Under the pieces are notes generated by a model. That model was not told the origin of the DNA, did not search any database, and was given only the letters and a program-made list of their open reading frames with translations. Positions 9,601 through 17,167 of a stretch of DNA of 41,193 nucleotides are shown piece by piece (within the stretch, counting starts at the first letter, position 1; each line of letters opens with the position of its first letter). Origin of the DNA: Ilyomonas sp. (GTDB taxonomy: Bacteria > Bacteroidota > Bacteroidia > Chitinophagales > Chitinophagaceae); the NCBI GenBank assembly GCA_964658445.1, contig CAZZZH010000008.1, positions 1 to 41,193 on the forward strand, given 5' to 3'. The position numbers and the translations under genes were made by a program.

Positions 9601-10394
9601 CATTGGAAAGATACGACGAGAGTATTGGCTGCTTAACGGCATTGACCCAGCTTTTACCTTCAGTGGAAGCCTGGATAGCTTTGGGCGATGTATATGCTAT
9701 CTATAAGAAAGATTACGAAAAAGCAAAGCAACATTACACCACCGCTATAGAAGCCGACCCGCAAGCAGAGGCTTCTTACCTGAAGCTGGGAATGGCAGAA
9801 TTTAGTTTGACAAATAAAGAAGCAGCGCTAGCCAATTACCGGAAAGCAATCAACCTCAACCCGCAATCGTATGAAGCTTATTACGAGATTGGCAATATTG
9901 CGCTGGATAATGCTAACTACGAAGAAGCTGTTGGCTATTATGAAACGGCTGTAAGTTTCAACCCGGCTTTCGCTTCTGCTTACAACAATTTAGGGCATTG
10001 TTATTTTTTTCTGGAACCGTTGAAGAAAGCCGAACTCAGTTTTAGAAAAGCGGCAGACGAGAATATTGACAATCCTTACCGTTATATAGCTTATGTAAAC
10101 CTTGCCGAAGTGCAGAACCGGCTTGGCAGATACGAAGAAGCTCTTGCGAGCTGTAACCGATCTTTAGAATTGAATCCCGACTACGATATGGCTTACAACA
10201 ATGCTGGTATGGCTTACGAAAAATTGGGTCAGACAGCGAATGCTGTCTTTCATTTTAAAAAGGCGTTGCAGTTGAACCCGGACAACAAAGAATCGAAAGA
10301 ACATCTCAAACAGCTTGCGGTGCCGGTAACGGTAGAGGTATCGCAGGTATCGGTACAGGTATCGCCGGGATTTAAATTATCCGGCGACTCATAA
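6645..10394 (+). CDS. nSTAND1-type P-loop NTPase with long TPR array
   Basis: RYPGTKPF...FKGRD, Walker A GRSGLGKT, Walker B ILIFDQFEE, winged-helix end EISHDTL, then about 800 aa of 34-aa TPRs (e.g. AHYNLGLIY, SYFNLGNVY, AYNNLG). Confidence 0.88.
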   Translation: MDNNPLLLYRYPGTKPFEWNETNLFKGRDEDIKNLYELITFENMVVLYGRSGLGKTSLLNAGLTHRFADDATVDSLFIRFFNYFTDKPEKPIDKLYEAIAKKYGNDSGNFIYQKLIPAGQITAHKLWYLFKSAQIAGSGGKDTFILIFDQFEELFTYPEKDIARFKEELSELFFVKMPQQLRNVLKDKLALDKSLLTEEEITLLYSPLKIKILFAIRSDKLSLMNNLTDYFPAILKWCYELKPLNSQGAKDAIIKPALLDDKDYASHRFTFTEEALKLILNALLPDTNAASGKAISEQGIETFQLQIVCKYIENVVIEKGLTEITKEEAGDVKAIFENHYRDIIGKFPPEKQAPARRLIEDKLIIDGTRVSMPIPFIMKEIEGMTPELLNELVNTHIIRTEQNNTVEISHDTLIEPILKESTNEFTRLKQQGDVFYKQEKYEDAVNVFCQYIEATKKAPPADIMEVYKLRGDAYVKLKEYKKSNEDYEKIVKNNPTDISALYSIALNFFSLNDDDKADEYFVKAAELNLDYAANTYNEAGVTYYNIKLYDRAKLYFEKAVEKDANYFYAHYNLGLIYTDRNETETALQEFSTALALKPDSEDANNAMGNIYYKMQDYANAKKYYNVAAVINPNNFYTQYILGNIEVKNKNYDQALAYFQKAIDSNKNYEESYLQKAAVLTIKEKYDEGINCLNIAIEINPKSEEAYSQLGLVYLNKGDHENALKNLMLAVSIQPTAYTYYYLGLTYAGMEKADDAVASYIKTIELDPAYTTAYVQLGNLLLTLKRYDNVIAGFESMNPSIIEQTGAYGFLQQAYYFKQEDEKSKFYGLKILESNPDDYDASLYLALVEKFAGNYKNSLQYYQTLLRLAAKPAIIYNEMAKMATDEKDYPAAIEYAKAAIQTDASIAESYFNLGNVYYDLKDYENAKKNYETAVSIDNGYYYSFYNLALAEENVGNLEKAVEYYKRTIEINPQYPKAYLQLGVVLNALERYDESIGCLTALTQLLPSVEAWIALGDVYAIYKKDYEKAKQHYTTAIEADPQAEASYLKLGMAEFSLTNKEAALANYRKAINLNPQSYEAYYEIGNIALDNANYEEAVGYYETAVSFNPAFASAYNNLGHCYFFLEPLKKAELSFRKAADENIDNPYRYIAYVNLAEVQNRLGRYEEALASCNRSLELNPDYDMAYNNAGMAYEKLGQTANAVFHFKKALQLNPDNKESKEHLKQLAVPVTVEVSQVSVQVSPGFKLSGDS

Positions 10395-10432
10395 ATAAAA
10401 GCGGGTTGAGAACTGTCAACCCGCTTTTATTT
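10393..10432. terminator. Bidirectional intrinsic terminator between convergent genes
   Basis: aaataaaagcgggttga-gaactg-tcaacccgcttttattt. Confidence 0.88.
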
Positions 10433-10620
10433 TAATGTGCAACCACTACTGTTTCTTTCTTTCCGTGATGAACCACATGATGAACAACTGCTTTATGATG
10501 CTTATGATGTCTGTGATGTTTCTTATGAACCACTACTACATGGTGGTCTGCTTGAGAAAAAGAAGCACTGCCAATACAGAGCATAAGTACGACAACAATA
10601 GATCTGATAATTGCTTTCAT
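10432..10620 (-). CDS. Small secreted histidine-rich peptide
   Basis: 22-aa signal peptide ending ASFS followed by Gln; 14 His in the 40-aa mature part; own terminator and promoter-like motif. Confidence 0.75.
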   Translation of the reverse strand: MKAIIRSIVVVLMLCIGSASFSQADHHVVVVHKKHHRHHKHHKAVVHHVVHHGKKETVVVAH

Positions 10621-10643
10621 GAAAAATTTATTTTGATAGTAGA

Positions 10644-10667
10644 GACGTAAAAGAAACAGATAGGTTC
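10644..10667 (-). promoter_or_regulatory. Candidate ECF sigma promoter (GAAC-N16-CGTC)
   Basis: Minus strand TGAACC-tatctgtttctttta-CGTCT, 23 nt before the peptide ATG. Confidence 0.5.
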
Positions 10668-10698
10668 AATGACCGATAATAAAAAAGGGATAAAGAAT

Positions 10699-11109
10699 CT
10701 ATAAATAATCCTTCATCAGCAGGAAGAAGAATACGATAAGCCCAATGTTATACAGCATGGAGCTGTTGATAAAAGCCCTGATGTAATCGTCGGGCAATTG
10801 CAGATTTTGCAGCTTTCGTTTGGAGCTGATAAAGGTAAAAATACGGCTGGCTACTACTACGAAAACAAACCCAAACAACAGCTCTTTTGCATATTGCGGA
10901 AACTTGACAATGGAAAAATAATAGACCGCCAAAACGCCGAACACCACCAGCAGCCGTGTTTGCGAACCACTTATCATTCCAGATGAAAGAAGCTTGGCTT
11001 TATCTTCATCGCTCAGTTTTTTAAGTGCATTCATCAGCATAAACCGCGAGGCAATAACAGTAATAAAGAACACCGCAATGGCAATTTGCAATGAGTATGT
11101 TTGAAACAT
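10699..11109 (-). CDS. Hypothetical membrane protein (about 4 TM)
   Basis: Four hydrophobic segments; ATG 11109 preferred over TTG 11130. Confidence 0.75.
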   Translation of the reverse strand: MFQTYSLQIAIAVFFITVIASRFMLMNALKKLSDEDKAKLLSSGMISGSQTRLLVVFGVLAVYYFSIVKFPQYAKELLFGFVFVVVASRIFTFISSKRKLQNLQLPDDYIRAFINSSMLYNIGLIVFFFLLMKDYL

Positions 11110-11141
11110 GAGCTGGTTATTTATAAGCAATGTTAGCTGAT

Positions 11142-11175
11142 AAAAAGAAAAGTCCCGCCGGTAAAAAGCGGGACT
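11142..11175 (-). terminator. Intrinsic terminator after the tRNA
   Basis: agtcccgc...gcgggact stem followed on the minus strand by TTTCTTTTT. Confidence 0.7.
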
Positions 11176-11179
11176 CTCG

Positions 11180-11253
11180 TGACCTGGATTGGATTCGAAC
11201 CAATGACCTACTGCTTAGAAGGCAGTTGCTCTATCCAGCTGAGCTACCAAGCC
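11180..11253 (-). tRNA. tRNA-Arg (anticodon UCU)
   Basis: GGCTTGGTAGCTCAGCTGGATAGAGCAACTGCCTTCTAAGCAGTAGGTCATTGGTTCGAATCCAATCCAGGTCA, 74 nt; anticodon arm ACTGC-CTTCTAA-GCAGT, T-loop GTTCGAATC, CCA not encoded; -7 TAGCTTTG at 11267-11274. Confidence 0.97.
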
Positions 11254-11308
11254 AAAATTGTGGCGGCAAAGCTAATTTTTAATTAGTTTGCAGCCAAACG
11301 GAATTGCC

Positions 11309-11983
11309 ATGGATGTACAGATAGAAGAAAGCTGGAAGGAAGTGCTGAAAGACGAATGGAACAAGCCTTACTTCGGGCAGATAACCGCCCATCTAAAAAC
11401 GGAACGCGCAACTGGCGCAACTATTTATCCGCCAGGTCAGCTTATCTTCAATGCGTTTAACACCACACCTTTTGATGAAGTAAAAGTGGTCATTCTCGGG
11501 CAAGATCCTTATCATGGCAAAGGTCAGGCAATGGGCTTGAGTTTCTCGGTTCCTGACGGTGTAAAACCGCCGCCATCGCTGGAAAATATCTTTAAAGAAT
11601 TGCATACCGACATTGGCATGCCAATACCGAAAAGCGGCAACCTTATAAAATGGGCACAACAAGGCGTGTTTTTGTTAAACGCTATTTTAACGGTAAGAGC
11701 TAAAGAACCCGCATCACACCAAAAGACCGGCTGGCAGGAGTTTACCAACAAAGTGATCCAGTTAATTTCAGATAAAAAAGAAGGTGTAGTATTTATGCTA
11801 TGGGGCAAGTTTGCGCACGAAAAACAAGTGCTGATAGACGAAACCAAACACTTTGTTTTGAAAGCTGCGCATCCATCGCCATACAGTGCAGACAAAGGTT
11901 TTTTTGGCTGTAAGCACTTTAGCAAAGCCAACGATTTATTGGCGAGACAAGGCAAAGACCCGATAGACTGGAACTTGCCCTAA
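11309..11983 (+). CDS. ung: Uracil-DNA glycosylase, family 1
   Basis: GQDPYH, PPSLENI, LLNAILTV and HPSP motifs; ATG 11309 preferred. Confidence 0.97.
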   Translation: MDVQIEESWKEVLKDEWNKPYFGQITAHLKTERATGATIYPPGQLIFNAFNTTPFDEVKVVILGQDPYHGKGQAMGLSFSVPDGVKPPPSLENIFKELHTDIGMPIPKSGNLIKWAQQGVFLLNAILTVRAKEPASHQKTGWQEFTNKVIQLISDKKEGVVFMLWGKFAHEKQVLIDETKHFVLKAAHPSPYSADKGFFGCKHFSKANDLLARQGKDPIDWNLP

Positions 11984-12273
11984 ACGTTATCTTTTCATTT
12001 TTTGCTAAGCCATAAATGTGATTGTTTTATGGCTTTTACTTTTAAATAAAACGGCTCGCATTCAATAAGTGAATTGGCGTCTCACTGCTTACTATCTCAC
12101 AACGAAGAATATTGCTTTTCGTTTTATCAGTATTCTCTTCATGATGTTTCTAAGTCTTTAGATTATTACAGTTCAACAACTGCTTTGTTAATTCTCATTT
12201 CTTCCAACTTCATTTAGGCAAGCAATTTGAAAACACTTTCATCACCATTTTATAACACGATAAACCAATTCTT

Positions 12274-14058
12274 TTGGCAACACATAAATATTCAACCGGC
12301 ATTATTGGCAACTGCGCTTACATCGCGCACATCAACAAGAATACAAACGTGGACTGGCTTTGCTGGCCGCGCTTCGATAGTACATTTGTATTTGGCAAAT
12401 TACTGGATCAGAATAAAGGCGGTGAGTTTACTATTTTGCCCGACAACGATCACTACACATCGATTCAATATTATCTTGAAAATACAAACGTCCTGTGCAC
12501 AGTAGTTACTACTGAGCACGGCAAATACCGTGTGATGGATTTGGCACCGCGCTTCACACAATATGAGCGATCGTTTCGCCCGCTGATGCTGATAAGAAGG
12601 GTAGAAGTGCTGGAAGGAACGCCACGTATAAAAGTGGTATGCAAACCAATGTGCGACTACGGCGAAACAAAGCTGCAGGCCTACCGCGGCAGCAGTAATA
12701 TTGAGTTTACAGGGCACGATGAAAAGATAAGATTGACAACCGATTTGCCTATCAATTATATCTTCGACGAGCAGTGTTTTGTACTGACGGATACACGTTA
12801 TCTCGTGCTCACATACGGTCGCCCGCTGGAAGCGCCGATTGTGAGTACCTGCAAAACTTTTATAGATAATACCATTCAGTACTGGCGCGGCTGGGTGAAG
12901 CAATCGAGCATTGGCGATTTTGCGCAGCAAAATGTTATCCGCTCTGCGTTAGCTCTGAAGATTCACCAGTTTGAAGACACCGGTGCTATCATTGCAGCTA
13001 GCACCACCAGCCTGCCAGAACATCCTGGCAGCGTGCGCAACTGGGACTATCGGTATTGCTGGCTGCGCGATACTTTTTACACCATCAATGCGCTTAACCA
13101 CATTGCGCATTTTGAAGAGATGGAACAATACTTTCATTATGTGGCAGACATCTCCTTCGATCAGTCTTCTTTCCGTTATCAGCCCTTATATGGCATTACC
13201 GGGCAGCGAAAACTGACAGAAGAAATTATACCTCTCGAAGGATACTTGGGCAACAAGCCGGTGCGCATTGGCAACCAGGCATATGAGCATGTTCAGAACG
13301 ATATTTATGGGCAGGTTTTGGTTTCCTTACTTCCGCTTTATACAGACTATCGCTTTGTGTTTAAAGAACGCCACGATTCTAAAAAATGGGTGGAGTTTGT
13401 TTTAGAAAAAATAGAGAAAACGGTAGATGAAAAAGATGCTGGCATCTGGGAGTTTCGCAATTTTGAAAACATACATTGCTATACCAATTTATTTCAGTGG
13501 GCGGGTTGTTGTTCTGCCATTAAAATAGCGCAGGCTATTGGCGATAAAGAGCTGGAAGAAAAGGCAGAACGCCTGAAGCAGCGCGCCGTTAACAACATTG
13601 AAAGCTGCTACAACGAAGAGATGAAATGTTATACCAGCGCACGCGGTGTTACTTACCTCGATGCAAGCACACTTCAGTTAATTCTCATGAATTATTTAGA
13701 CCCAAATTCGCAGCGCGCCAAAGACCATTTGATCGCTTTAGAGAAGGAACTCAAAACACCAAATGGATTGTTTTACCGTTATGTGCATGCAGATGATTTT
13801 GGTAAGCCAAAGTCAACTTTCCTCATCTGCGCTTTCTGGTACATTGAGGCATTGGCTTGTGTAGGAAGGATAGATGACGCGGTGAACGAGTTTAATAATA
13901 TTATGCAATACAGCAATCACCTAGGTTTGTTCAGTGAAGACGTAGATGAGAACGATGGCAGCCAGTGGGGAAACTTTCCGCAAGCCTACAGCCATGTGGG
14001 TTTGATGAATGCAGCCTACCGCATTTCGCAAAAGATGGATAAGCCGATTTTTATGTAA
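12274..14058 (+). CDS. Glycoside hydrolase family 15 (trehalase/glucoamylase-like)
   Basis: DWLCWPRFDS, RNWDYRYCWLRD, GIWEFR, LGLFSED, WGNFPQAYSH; TTG start. Confidence 0.93.
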   Translation: MATHKYSTGIIGNCAYIAHINKNTNVDWLCWPRFDSTFVFGKLLDQNKGGEFTILPDNDHYTSIQYYLENTNVLCTVVTTEHGKYRVMDLAPRFTQYERSFRPLMLIRRVEVLEGTPRIKVVCKPMCDYGETKLQAYRGSSNIEFTGHDEKIRLTTDLPINYIFDEQCFVLTDTRYLVLTYGRPLEAPIVSTCKTFIDNTIQYWRGWVKQSSIGDFAQQNVIRSALALKIHQFEDTGAIIAASTTSLPEHPGSVRNWDYRYCWLRDTFYTINALNHIAHFEEMEQYFHYVADISFDQSSFRYQPLYGITGQRKLTEEIIPLEGYLGNKPVRIGNQAYEHVQNDIYGQVLVSLLPLYTDYRFVFKERHDSKKWVEFVLEKIEKTVDEKDAGIWEFRNFENIHCYTNLFQWAGCCSAIKIAQAIGDKELEEKAERLKQRAVNNIESCYNEEMKCYTSARGVTYLDASTLQLILMNYLDPNSQRAKDHLIALEKELKTPNGLFYRYVHADDFGKPKSTFLICAFWYIEALACVGRIDDAVNEFNNIMQYSNHLGLFSEDVDENDGSQWGNFPQAYSHVGLMNAAYRISQKMDKPIFM

Positions 14059-14070
14059 TTTTCTAACTTG

Positions 14071-14121
14071 CAAAAACGGGAGGAACAAAAGATAGCAAAG
14101 CCTTTGTTCTTCCCGTTTTTG
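14071..14121. terminator. Bidirectional terminator between convergent genes
   Basis: caaaaacgggaggaacaaa ... tttgttcttcccgtttttg, a 19-bp stem with one G-U pair. Confidence 0.8.
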
Positions 14122-14135
14122 TGGGTGCATATTGT

Positions 14136-14699
14136 TTATCCTTTTATCCAGTCTGCTACCGTCAGCACATCTGCCTGCCGCGGGAATACTTTAGTTGTTA
14201 GTACCCGGTGCACCTCATCATCTGCATCGCCACAGGCATCAGACAAGATGGTAATCTGGTAATCTTTATCGGCTGCTTCGCGCGTGGTTGATAGTATAAC
14301 TCCACTCGTTATCACACCCGTCAAAATAATATGCTGAATGCCTTTTGCACGCAACACTACTTCCAGATCGCTGCCGGTAAAAGCACTGAACCGTTTTTTG
14401 GTAACGATAATATCGCCTGCTGCCGGTGCAACGGACGGTTCAATCTTTACAAACTCTTCAGGGTTTGTTTTTTCAAAACGGCTTTTCGAAGCTGTGAAGC
14501 TTTTGTTGTTAGGGCTTACCTCGGGCATGCCTTCTCTAAAACCAACCACTGAATAAATAACAGGCAGGTTATTGCTGCGCGCGAATGCAATAGCTTCGGC
14601 TACTTTCTCCGTTACTGAAGAAGCTGTCGGAAGATTTGGGAGAATACCCGCCTGCATGTCCATTACCAAAAGAGCTGCATTGCTTTTGTTTTGTTCCAT
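14136..14699 (-). CDS. Isochorismatase-family (cysteine hydrolase fold) protein
   Basis: ALLVMDMQ, KKRFSAFTGSDL, GVITSGVILST and SDACGD motifs. Confidence 0.9.
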   Translation of the reverse strand: MEQNKSNAALLVMDMQAGILPNLPTASSVTEKVAEAIAFARSNNLPVIYSVVGFREGMPEVSPNNKSFTASKSRFEKTNPEEFVKIEPSVAPAAGDIIVTKKRFSAFTGSDLEVVLRAKGIQHIILTGVITSGVILSTTREAADKDYQITILSDACGDADDEVHRVLTTKVFPRQADVLTVADWIKG

Positions 14700-14745
14700 T
14701 TTTTTATTTTACTATTATTAATAAATGATTATGCATTTACATACA

Positions 14746-16014
14746 TCAAGCCTGCAGAGCTGCTTCGGCTACTTGCGGTTGCGCTATCGGCGTCTTGTTT
14801 ACCTGCTGCGGCTGATGGTGCTTTAAGAACCGGAAATGAAGGATGCCGACAACCAGAGCAATCATGCCTTGCACCAGAACTGTATCCTGCACGCCGATGT
14901 GTTGCGATACAAAGCCCACCAGCAAACCACCCAAAGGCTGCATACCGAAGAAAGCCATTGCATAAATAGAGATAACTCTTCCGCGCATCGCCGGGTTCAC
15001 CATAGTTTGTATCAGCGTATTGGTAACCGTTACCTGAGACATCATACCAAAGGCGCTGATAACGGCAAACAATAATGCCAGCGGGTAAATAGTAGTATGC
15101 GAAAACAACATAAGACCGGCACCAAAAACCAATGAATTGATCGCAAGTATTTTATGAAGATTCTTTCCGGGTTTCAGCGAGGCAAGAAAGATGGCGCCTG
15201 CCAATGCACCCAAACCAATAGCACTATCGATGATGCCGAATGTAGATGCCGTCCCTTTAAAAATATCTTTTGCATACACTGGTATCAATGTATTGAAAGG
15301 CAACACCAGCAAACTGGTAAAGGCAAGCATAAGAATAATGAAAGAGATAAAAGGTGTTTGCCTTATATAATCGAAACCTTCCTTCAGCTCACCGGTAATG
15401 TTTTTAGTATGCAGCTTTGCAATGTACTTCGGCAGCCGCATCAGAAGCAAGGAACCGATGACGGCAATAAAGCTTACCGCATTTAGTCCGAAGCAAACGG
15501 TATCACCAAACTTTTCTATGGCAATGCCTGCGATGCCGGGACCAATCAGACGCGATAAGTTAACCATTGATGAGTTTAATGCCAATGCATTGGGCAGGTC
15601 TTTCTTGTCGTTCACCATATCGTATACCAACGATTGACGCGCCGGCACATCAAATGCATTCACAATGCCAAGTAGTACGCTGAGCGCAATAATGATGTCG
15701 ATATTATAATGATGAAAATAGATAAGCGTGGTTAATAAAATGGCTTGTATCATAGAGACAACCTGCGTTGTCAGCAATACTTTATATCGATCGTAACGGT
15801 CAGATATAACACCGCCGAGAAATGAAAAAAGGAACGATGGAAACATAGTTGCAAACAAGGTTACGCCCAGCATAAACTTTGAATGCGTAAGCGAGTACAC
15901 TACCCAGCTTACAGCCGTTTTCTGCATCCAGGTGCCGATTAGTGAAATGGATTGACCGATAAAATATAATCTGTAGTTGCGGCTTTTAAAAGCATTAAAT
16001 GTGGCGATCTTCAT
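14746..16014 (-). CDS. MFS transporter (MFS_3 / H+ antiporter-like)
   Basis: RNYRLYFIGQSISLIGTWMQ, GGVISDRYDR, AFDVPARQS, MRGRVIS; about 12 TM. Confidence 0.92.
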   Translation of the reverse strand: MKIATFNAFKSRNYRLYFIGQSISLIGTWMQKTAVSWVVYSLTHSKFMLGVTLFATMFPSFLFSFLGGVISDRYDRYKVLLTTQVVSMIQAILLTTLIYFHHYNIDIIIALSVLLGIVNAFDVPARQSLVYDMVNDKKDLPNALALNSSMVNLSRLIGPGIAGIAIEKFGDTVCFGLNAVSFIAVIGSLLLMRLPKYIAKLHTKNITGELKEGFDYIRQTPFISFIILMLAFTSLLVLPFNTLIPVYAKDIFKGTASTFGIIDSAIGLGALAGAIFLASLKPGKNLHKILAINSLVFGAGLMLFSHTTIYPLALLFAVISAFGMMSQVTVTNTLIQTMVNPAMRGRVISIYAMAFFGMQPLGGLLVGFVSQHIGVQDTVLVQGMIALVVGILHFRFLKHHQPQQVNKTPIAQPQVAEAALQA

Positions 16015-16044
16015 GGTGTTTTCTTTTCCTCTTTCCTTCCTTTT

Positions 16045-16485
16045 TTACTCAAAATCAACCAGGCGTGTTAGCGGTTCTATCATTTTGCGAAGTGCTTCCT
16101 GCTCTCGTGCTGTAAAGGTTTTGCTGATGGCCTGGCTCAGCCACTCATCACGTTCATGCCTTCGTTTGTATAAAATGTTCTGACCTTCTTTCGTCAATGA
16201 AATCAATATTTTTCGCTTGTCGTCCGGTGAAATTTTGCGATGTATATATCCTAATCCAAACAGGTTGTTGAGGATACCCGACATAGATTGTGAGGTTATC
16301 TTTTCCATGCCGGCCAACTCGCCCGGCAAAAGCTCTTTATGCTCATCCAGAAGGCTGAGAACAGAGCGTTCTGTAAGCGATAATTTATCACCGGCGGATG
16401 GTTTGCTGCGAAGTTTTTTTACTAACCGGCTGATAACGGTTCTGAAGCTGGATGCCAGTTGTGAATTGTCGTCTCCTGTTGTCAT
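16045..16485 (-). CDS. MarR-family transcriptional regulator
   Basis: LSLTERSVLSLL, ELAGMEKITSQSMS, DDKRKILISLT winged helix. Confidence 0.92.
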   Translation of the reverse strand: MTTGDDNSQLASSFRTVISRLVKKLRSKPSAGDKLSLTERSVLSLLDEHKELLPGELAGMEKITSQSMSGILNNLFGLGYIHRKISPDDKRKILISLTKEGQNILYKRRHERDEWLSQAISKTFTAREQEALRKMIEPLTRLVDFE

Positions 16486-16489
16486 AATA

Positions 16490-16526
16490 GTAAGGTAAAC
16501 TTACCAGTTTCCCTTACAAAGGTAAG
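16490..16526. promoter_or_regulatory. Candidate MarR operator palindromes overlapping a -7 promoter element
   Basis: GTAAG-N5-CTTAC (16490-16504), GGTAA-AC-TTACC (16494-16505), CTTAC-N4-GTAAG (16513-16526); minus-strand TACCTTTG at 16517-16524. Confidence 0.6.
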
Positions 16527-16610
16527 AAGACTTAAACTTTTGATGAAGATAATCGACTTAATAAATTCGTTAAGATTGGTAAAGATTAAAAACAGAGGAA
16601 GCTAAGAAGT

Positions 16611-17144
16611 TTATGTATTTTTTTGGTTTATACTTTCTATAAGTGAATTCATTACTTCCTTTATCTGTTGTAAGGTAGTAAGATCGGTAATGCCGTTATC
16701 ATTCACTTTTGTTTTGGCAAATGATATAATCAACTGAGAACTTTCTGGTATATCAGCCTCAATTACGGTCAGAGTTTCCATCAATGCCTTGTGCCCTTTT
16801 AGTCCACTTAACCCGACAGTAATTAACGCCGTTGGCTTGCCTGAAAACTCCATTGAAGAAACCGTCCAGTCAATCGCGTTCTTTAACGTTCCGGGAACGC
16901 CCATGGCATATTCAGGTGTGCAAATTAAGATACCATCGGCTTCCTTTAGTTGCGCCCGGAATGTGGTGATTTCTTTAGGTGGATTGTCATTATCAAGATC
17001 GGGGTTGAAATGAGGAAGATGCGCTATGCTCAGAGAAGTATAAACGTTGAGCTGCGTTTGATACAAGGCTATGATGGCATTGATCAGGCTCAGGTTGAGC
17101 GAGCTTTGCCGCGTACTGCCGGAGATGGCGATTATTTTTTTCAT
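16611..17144 (-). CDS. NADPH-dependent FMN reductase
   Basis: IAISGSTRQSSLN, ADGILICTPEYAMGVPGTLKNAIDW, GKP. Confidence 0.92.
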   Translation of the reverse strand: MKKIIAISGSTRQSSLNLSLINAIIALYQTQLNVYTSLSIAHLPHFNPDLDNDNPPKEITTFRAQLKEADGILICTPEYAMGVPGTLKNAIDWTVSSMEFSGKPTALITVGLSGLKGHKALMETLTVIEADIPESSQLIISFAKTKVNDNGITDLTTLQQIKEVMNSLIESINQKNT

Positions 17145-17167
17145 CCTGTTCCTTTCCCTTCTTAATA

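Noticed and set aside
3084-11253. Genomic island integrated at the tRNA-Arg 3' end and carrying the STAND locus
   Set aside because: No integrase or transposase, and I could not find a duplicated tRNA 3' end (att site) by eye; proximity alone is insufficient
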